Source: Candidatus Binatia bacterium
GTDB taxonomy: Bacteria; Desulfobacterota; Binatia; HRBIN30
Direction: 5' to 3'
NCBI GenBank assembly: GCA_046757585.1
Contig: JBHHYR010000003.1
Location: forward strand, 1-52,687
DNA: 52,687 nucleotides
Shown here: in pieces, positions 47,562 to 52,687 of the stretch
Position numbering within the stretch: the stretch's first letter is position 1
How the letters are laid out: every line of letters begins with the position of its first letter
Made by a program: the position numbers and the translations under genes
Notes under the pieces: generated by a model
Seen by the model: only the letters and a program-made list of their open reading frames with translations
Told to the model about the DNA's origin: nothing
Database searches by the model: none

Positions 47562-47613
47562 CCGCGGCCAGCGGGCTCGCCGGCGTGCGTCGCCTGCGAG
47601 CCGCTCCGTCAGC

Positions 47614-49797
47614 CTACCGGGGCACTGGGGCACCGTTCGTACACACGGTGATCGGGAGACTCGTCGCGCCGGTCGCCCCCTGGTCGGTCTTAACCACCAG
47701 CTCGGCCGGTTCGAGGCAGGTGAACGGCCACCGCACCACCAGCATGGTGGGTGTAACGGCTTCGACGGGAGCGCTGACGCCGTTGACCTGCACGCAGTTG
47801 CCACGCAGCGGTACGCAGCGGTTGCGCCCCACCACGTCCGCGCACTTGTCTTCGCTGAAATGGCCGTCGATGACGTTGAAACCGGTGCCGAAGATGCGTA
47901 ACAGTTCACCTTCCCTACCTTTGGTGGGTGCGACGGCAAGGAGTGTCGGTGGCCGCTGCGACCGGTGTGCCTGCGGTGGAACGAAGGTGGTGTGGGCCCC
48001 GTGGTCGCTGAGATCCAGCCCGGCGATCGCCGCGTCGTTGCAGGTCGTCTCCCGCCCGCAGTGCTCCCATTGATCATTGACCGCGCTCACTGGCAAGCTC
48101 GTGGCGTTGCGGAGGTTGGCGCCCCCGACTGGCAGGTTGTTTTGTGCGAAGGCATTGTTTCCCGGACTCCCAAACGCGCCGCCGCCGAGATCGGCACGGG
48201 ACGCGTCGGCCACCACGGCACCATCCACGCCGTTGCACACCGCGCTGGTACCCTCGATGATGGCGGTGGCCGGCGCGCCCACGTCATTGAAGACGCGCAG
48301 GCCGGCAGCGCCATTGGTAGCGAGATAGTCGTCGCGCAAGCGCGCAAACGAGAATCCCCGCACCGACACCCCATTGGCACCGTTGCCACGTGCAATGTTG
48401 CCCCACGAGTCTAGCTCCGAGAAGCCGCTGAGATCGGCACCGTCTCGCGCGTTGGCCGAGAGGCCGTTTTGTGCCGCGCTGCCACGGTTGCGTTCCACAA
48501 CGTTGTGCCACGCCTGCACGTGCCCGCCGAGCGTGGCCTGAATCCCACCGTTGGCGTTGTCATGCACCCAGCAACGTTCGATCCGCGCGTACGCGCCAGT
48601 AGTGACCTTGATGCCCTTGTCGGAAACACCAGTGACTTCGCAATCGCGTATCAGGTTTACCGTGTCACGGAAATCCTTGCCCGCGTGCCGATCAACACCG
48701 ATACCGTCAGCGGACCCCGGCCCTTCGATGATGGACCGCTCGACGATGTTGCCGTCCGCGGCCGGCCCAGAGATGTTGAGGATGTCCCGGTTGTTGCCCC
48801 CGGAGTTCCGCAGACGCAACCCGATGATGTGATTGCGGCCTCCGGTAATGGCCAACGCCCCGATCGGCAATCCATCCGCGTCAATGATCCGATTACCCAC
48901 CGCCCCACTCGCGTCTGTTCCATCGATGGTCACGTCGTCACCTGCCAGCACCGGCAGCTGAGACTTGAGGTGGATCGTGGTTGAGACGCCGGGTGGAAAT
49001 GCCGTCGGCCCGAACTGGACGAGCACTGGCTTCGGCGCTCCCATCGCCGCCTGCAGCACCGCGCGCAAGGAGCCGGCCCCTGCGTTGGCTGTGGTCCGCA
49101 CGGATCTAACGCTGGCAAATACCGTGAAACGTACTTGATCGGGTGTGTCGCCAGCAACGAGCAAGGACGTTTGATGCTGCATCTGTCCCTTCCGGGGTTT
49201 CTTGACGTCGATCGAATGACGCCACCAGCCTGGCGCCAAACCGTCGAGCTGACCGCACGTCACAACGCCAGTGCCGGTACACTCGATTTTCATCTCGTAC
49301 GACGTGGACAGTGAGCCCGGGCGGCATTCTTGGCCGGTGCGCGCTCCGCTGACAACAATGGACACCGGTGAAACGCCGCTCTGATTGTCGATCTGAATCT
49401 GGAGCGCGCTGCCGAAGTTCGGACAAGCACGTGGAGTCGGCGTCATGGTAGCGGTGCCGGTGGGTGTGGCTGTGACCGTTGGAGTCGGGGTGACCTGTGG
49501 CGACCGCGTTGGAGAGGGGTCGGCCGTGGGCTCGGCGGTCGGGCTCCGGGAAGGCACGACGAGCGACAAGACCACGGTTGTCACGTCAGCTGCAGTCACC
49601 ATTCCATCGGCGTTGGCGTCACAGGTCGCACCTGCGTCTCCGCCGGAAAAGAGTGCCACAGTGACCGTTGCCGTGACGGGAGGATCGCCGCAGTCGACTG
49701 GACCGGCCAGCACCGGCCGCAACACGCCGACCAGCACGAGTAACGGTGCCGCTCGCCACGCGCAGGCACTCAACTGCCTCTGAAGCCAGCGGCGCAT
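47614..49797 (-). CDS. Secreted right-handed beta-helix protein with a dockerin-like N-terminus, Pro/Thr linker and C-terminal Ig/IPT-like domain
   Basis: Signal VLA-GP; CDANADGMVTAADV; TPTPTVTATPT linker; G.GSLR.V; repeated N...G[IV] beta-helix turns; L.I.G.GF. Confidence 0.78.
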   Translation of the reverse strand: MRRWLQRQLSACAWRAAPLLVLVGVLRPVLAGPVDCGDPPVTATVTVALFSGGDAGATCDANADGMVTAADVTTVVLSLVVPSRSPTAEPTADPSPTRSPQVTPTPTVTATPTGTATMTPTPRACPNFGSALQIQIDNQSGVSPVSIVVSGARTGQECRPGSLSTSYEMKIECTGTGVVTCGQLDGLAPGWWRHSIDVKKPRKGQMQHQTSLLVAGDTPDQVRFTVFASVRSVRTTANAGAGSLRAVLQAAMGAPKPVLVQFGPTAFPPGVSTTIHLKSQLPVLAGDDVTIDGTDASGAVGNRIIDADGLPIGALAITGGRNHIIGLRLRNSGGNNRDILNISGPAADGNIVERSIIEGPGSADGIGVDRHAGKDFRDTVNLIRDCEVTGVSDKGIKVTTGAYARIERCWVHDNANGGIQATLGGHVQAWHNVVERNRGSAAQNGLSANARDGADLSGFSELDSWGNIARGNGANGVSVRGFSFARLRDDYLATNGAAGLRVFNDVGAPATAIIEGTSAVCNGVDGAVVADASRADLGGGAFGSPGNNAFAQNNLPVGGANLRNATSLPVSAVNDQWEHCGRETTCNDAAIAGLDLSDHGAHTTFVPPQAHRSQRPPTLLAVAPTKGREGELLRIFGTGFNVIDGHFSEDKCADVVGRNRCVPLRGNCVQVNGVSAPVEAVTPTMLVVRWPFTCLEPAELVVKTDQGATGATSLPITVCTNGAPVPR

Positions 49798-49938
49798 GAT
49801 GGCTCCTTGTTGCTTACCGGGAAGCGACGCTGCGATGCAAGGTGATGCGTGCAGGCCCGCGCATGCGTGCGTGGCGCCTCCGACGCGAATGCGCGTGTCG
49901 CGCCGGCCCCCGAGACTCGCCACCGCGCCCCAATCTGA

Positions 49939-50646
49939 CTACGAGACCCTTCGTCCCTTGTGTTTCCGCGCCGTCCTCCGTCCTCCTGGGCCGAGCAATC
50001 GGTAGATTGCCTTTTCCAGGAAGCGCCTTTGCACTGCCAAGGCGCGTGGCGACATCGGCTTGCCGTCTCCAGCTCCCAATGTTTCCAAGGCGCTGGCATT
50101 GATGAAGTAGGAAAACACCATGCCGAACAGACCGAGCGCGAGGTGGGGCACCTCGTCCGGTGCCCAGCCCGCCTCGCGCGCGCTCTCGCGGATCACGGCG
50201 ATCCCCTGCCGGTACAGCGGAGTGAGCCAGCGAGCAATCAGCTTCTGCACACTGCCGCTCTGCTCGAGCAACGCCCGTTGCATGAGACGCGCCAAGTGCG
50301 GATGCACGGCGAGGTGCGCGGTCAGCTTGTCGACCGTGACCCGCATCTGTTCCGGCCGCAGTGCTCCGGGATGCCACGCTTCGGCGACCGCTTCCAAGAT
50401 GGGCCGCAGGCCACGCGCGAGCACCGCGTCGTACAGGTCTTGCTTGCTTGAAAAATGGTTGTAGAGGCTTGGGGCGGTAAGGTGCATCGCGCGCGCCAGG
50501 TCCCGCAGCGCGACCCTGTCGACACCCTGCGCCGCGAACAGCTGTTCAGCAGTATCCAAGATCACCTCACGCGTCGGCGGCGGTGGTTCCGCAGCTACCT
50601 TCCACCGGCGCTGGCGGGTTGTCAGGGTCGCGGCCTTGGGGTGCAC
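49939..50646 (-). CDS. TetR family transcriptional regulator
   Basis: TRE.ILD.A..LFA..G.....LRD.A......PSLYNHF.SKQ.LY. Confidence 0.9.
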   Translation of the reverse strand: MHPKAATLTTRQRRWKVAAEPPPPTREVILDTAEQLFAAQGVDRVALRDLARAMHLTAPSLYNHFSSKQDLYDAVLARGLRPILEAVAEAWHPGALRPEQMRVTVDKLTAHLAVHPHLARLMQRALLEQSGSVQKLIARWLTPLYRQGIAVIRESAREAGWAPDEVPHLALGLFGMVFSYFINASALETLGAGDGKPMSPRALAVQRRFLEKAIYRLLGPGGRRTARKHKGRRVS

Positions 50647-50662
50647 AAGCCTCTAGGTAGCG

Positions 50663-50683
50663 AACGAACGTTAGTTAAGTCAA
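50663..50683 (-). promoter_or_regulatory. -35 TTGACT plus adjacent palindrome AACTAACGTTCGTT (likely TetR operator)
   Basis: 14-bp palindrome with one mismatched pair at 50663-50676, just downstream of TTGACT (50678-83, minus strand) and upstream of the TetR gene. Confidence 0.55.
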
Positions 50684-50692
50684 GCGCACGGA

Positions 50693-51475
50693 TCATGGCG
50701 GCTGCGGCGCCCAACGCGGAAGCCGCTTCTCGATGAAGGCGCGAAGCCCTTCGCGGACTTCATCGGACGCGAGTGACTCGGCAAACATTGGGAAATCAAT
50801 GGCCGGCAACTGGCGGTTGAGGTCACGCTTGAGCGCCGTGCGGGCGCGCGGGCCCGTCTGACGGACCCAGTTGATGGTTTCGGACACCGCAGCCTCGAGC
50901 TGGGCGTGCGGCACCACCCGCGAGATCAGCCCCATCGCGAGCGCCTCCTGCGCGCCGATGTATTGCGCCGTGAACAGCATGTACTTGGCCCGGGCCATGC
51001 CGACGCGACTCGCTAAGCGGGCACCGAGATAGCAGTCGGCGACACCTCGCAGCAGCTCCGGCGCCCGGAACGTCGCGCGCTCGGAAACTATCGAGATGTC
51101 GCTCATCAAGGTCATGTTGAGGCCACCCCCCTGGCACATGCCGTTGATGGCCATCAGGACGATCTTCGGGCAGCGCTCGAACTCCACGAACGGCAGGAGA
51201 TCGAAGCGATCGGTCTCCCGATCCAGCAGCTGCCCACCCTCGTGCTGCCCCGCCATCTCGCCACCGACGCAGAAGTACTCACCGCGACTCGTCACCACCA
51301 ACATGTCAACGGCAGGATCGCGCTCGGCGAGGACAGCGGCCTTCTTCAGCCCATGGTACATCTCGATCGTCAACGCGTTCCGCCGTTCGGGCCGGTCGAT
51401 GACAACCCGAATGATGCCGTTGGCCTTCGTGGCGTGCAGGTACCGTGAGTTGAGATCTACTGTGTCATGCTCCAT
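50693..51475 (-). CDS. Enoyl-CoA hydratase/isomerase (crotonase) family
   Basis: DRPERRNAL, FCVGG, AING.CQGGG, FRAPE, A.EAL.MGL.S.VV, AF.EKR.P. Confidence 0.92.
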   Translation of the reverse strand: MEHDTVDLNSRYLHATKANGIIRVVIDRPERRNALTIEMYHGLKKAAVLAERDPAVDMLVVTSRGEYFCVGGEMAGQHEGGQLLDRETDRFDLLPFVEFERCPKIVLMAINGMCQGGGLNMTLMSDISIVSERATFRAPELLRGVADCYLGARLASRVGMARAKYMLFTAQYIGAQEALAMGLISRVVPHAQLEAAVSETINWVRQTGPRARTALKRDLNRQLPAIDFPMFAESLASDEVREGLRAFIEKRLPRWAPQPP

Positions 51476-51655
51476 CGGTCACCTCGTCTCGACGTCGATC
51501 CTGTACCAGATCCACCTACCCAAGGGCTACCGGTCATGCACGGCTGGCGATCCGGGCCCTGCGCCGGGCCGCTGGCTGTCACCTCCGGCGTTCCGTACTC
51601 GTACTCTAACAACCGCACGTGTCAGACGAGGCCGCGATGCGCTACACGCGACGTG

Positions 51656-52357
51656 TCATGCGCGCCGTTTGAGCAGCGCTTGGCGGATCTCCACTGCCGC
51701 GGCACCGCCGCTGGACACGCCAACTGGGATCCCGCCGATGCGCCGCACACCGGCAAGCCCGGCGACGAACAAGGCGCCATTGAGCGCCACCAGTGCCCAG
51801 AACGTCACGCCGCAGACGGCAGCGGCAGCTACCAGTGTTGGGCCTACCAGTCGCCTGACGAGCCACGCCGCGAGCGGTGACCCGATCGTGCCGGACAGAT
51901 GCAGGACGATTCGCCCCGCGCGCGCAGCCGCCACATAGGTACCGTAACGCATCTTGAACCGCGGCTCGATGCCGCGCAGATATGCGTAGTCGTAGCGGAC
52001 ACCCAGCACCGTCCCCACAAGAAGCTTGAGCAGTGGTTCGAACGTGACGACCCACACCGCAGCAGCCCCCAGCACGGCGGTGCTCGATCGGCTCCGCAGC
52101 CCGACAGCGAGCAGCACCGCCCCCAGTGCCGTTGCCGCCAGCTCCAGCGCCACGGCCACGGCCACGGGTAGCGTCCGGCGTCCGGTACGCCGATGCAGCT
52201 TCTGACTGACCCGACTGATCCCGGCGGCCAGGGCCACACGCTCGCTCCGCGGCCGGTTCTGCACCCGACGCACAAACGTCTGCCACGTCCCAGGCCGGTA
52301 GCCGCCAGCGTCGAGGCTACGCTCGATGCTGGCCAGCTTGGCGCGCAGTTCCTGCAC
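51656..52357 (-). CDS. Hypothetical membrane protein
   Basis: 233-aa ORF with ~4 hydrophobic helices; TATACT -10 element 7 nt before the GTG. Confidence 0.7.
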   Translation of the reverse strand: MQELRAKLASIERSLDAGGYRPGTWQTFVRRVQNRPRSERVALAAGISRVSQKLHRRTGRRTLPVAVAVALELAATALGAVLLAVGLRSRSSTAVLGAAAVWVVTFEPLLKLLVGTVLGVRYDYAYLRGIEPRFKMRYGTYVAAARAGRIVLHLSGTIGSPLAAWLVRRLVGPTLVAAAAVCGVTFWALVALNGALFVAGLAGVRRIGGIPVGVSSGGAAAVEIRQALLKRRA

Positions 52358-52487
52358 GCCGACAAGTATACGCCGTGCGTCCTCCCGCAGTCCATCATGT
52401 TCGCCGTGACAGGCAGGCCAAGTGTCAACCCTGAACGGGTTGCAGCATGCCGCGCTGTCACCTTCACGCTGCGCCCGGGGAGTCGGC

Positions 52488-52517
52488 TTGACACCGAAAG
52501 CTGACGGTTGTTAGCCT
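52488..52517 (+). promoter_or_regulatory. Sigma70-type promoter facing the right end of the window
   Basis: TTGACA (52488-93), 18 nt, TAGCCT (52512-17) with an extended TG. Confidence 0.5.
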
Positions 52518-52650
52518 TGAACTACAAATGAATGGGAGATCGCACGGCAACTTCGGTCAGGAAACGCTGGGCCTTCAACCACGGGTCCGCTTCTTTCGCA
52601 AACTGGTCATGTCCCGCATTTCGTGGCTCTGGACACTGCGGAGCGAAGTT

Positions 52651-52684
52651 CCCCCCTTTGAAAAAGGGGGGCCAGGGGGGATTT
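52651..52684. repeat. REP-like palindromic element CCCCCCTTT-GAA-AAAGGGGGG-CCA-GGGGGGATTT
   Basis: Perfect 9-bp stem at 52651-52671 followed by GGGGGGATTT; lies at the window end, as expected for a dispersed repeat that breaks assemblies. Confidence 0.7.
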
Positions 52685-52687
52685 TCT

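Overview
High-GC, gene-dense bacterial chromosome segment with about 45 CDS. I found no rRNA, tRNA, CRISPR array, transposase or phage genes. The gene style suggests a deltaproteobacteria-like lineage such as Candidatus Binatia; this is inference only, from MYXO-CTERM-like and 'CVGD..G...VTVDELV..VN..L.GC' dockerin-like tails and the many lipid-catabolic enzymes. Most of the window is ordinary metabolism: acyl-CoA dehydrogenase, two CoA ligases, three SDRs, a crotonase, haloalkane dehalogenase, alkyl sulfatase, two IMPase-family enzymes, two GT2s, cyclophilin and sdhCAB. The best candidate for an undescribed system is a divergon at 15.7-24.5 kb. Its minus arm is exported caspase-like protease -> OM beta-barrel -> free prodomain-like protein -> surface-sorted matrixin. 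Its plus arm is an ECF sigma with a ~100-aa coiled coil inserted in sigma4 -> double-ZAS/TM/SH3 anti-sigma -> YVTN propeller with a dockerin-like tail. A second candidate is a beta-helix lipoprotein / TPR-beta-barrel (Slam-like) / secreted FecR triad at 27.4-31.7 kb. Other oddities are an orphan Tat-exported EbdA-like molybdoenzyme, a fused NfnB-NfnA-like flavoprotein, a lactonase-fold lipoprotein that has lost most metal ligands, a diiron gene broken by one in-frame TAA, a deacetylase with a 4x10-aa repeat, several apparently leaderless genes and a REP-like palindrome at the right end. All family assignments come from reading motifs by eye, without database searches.
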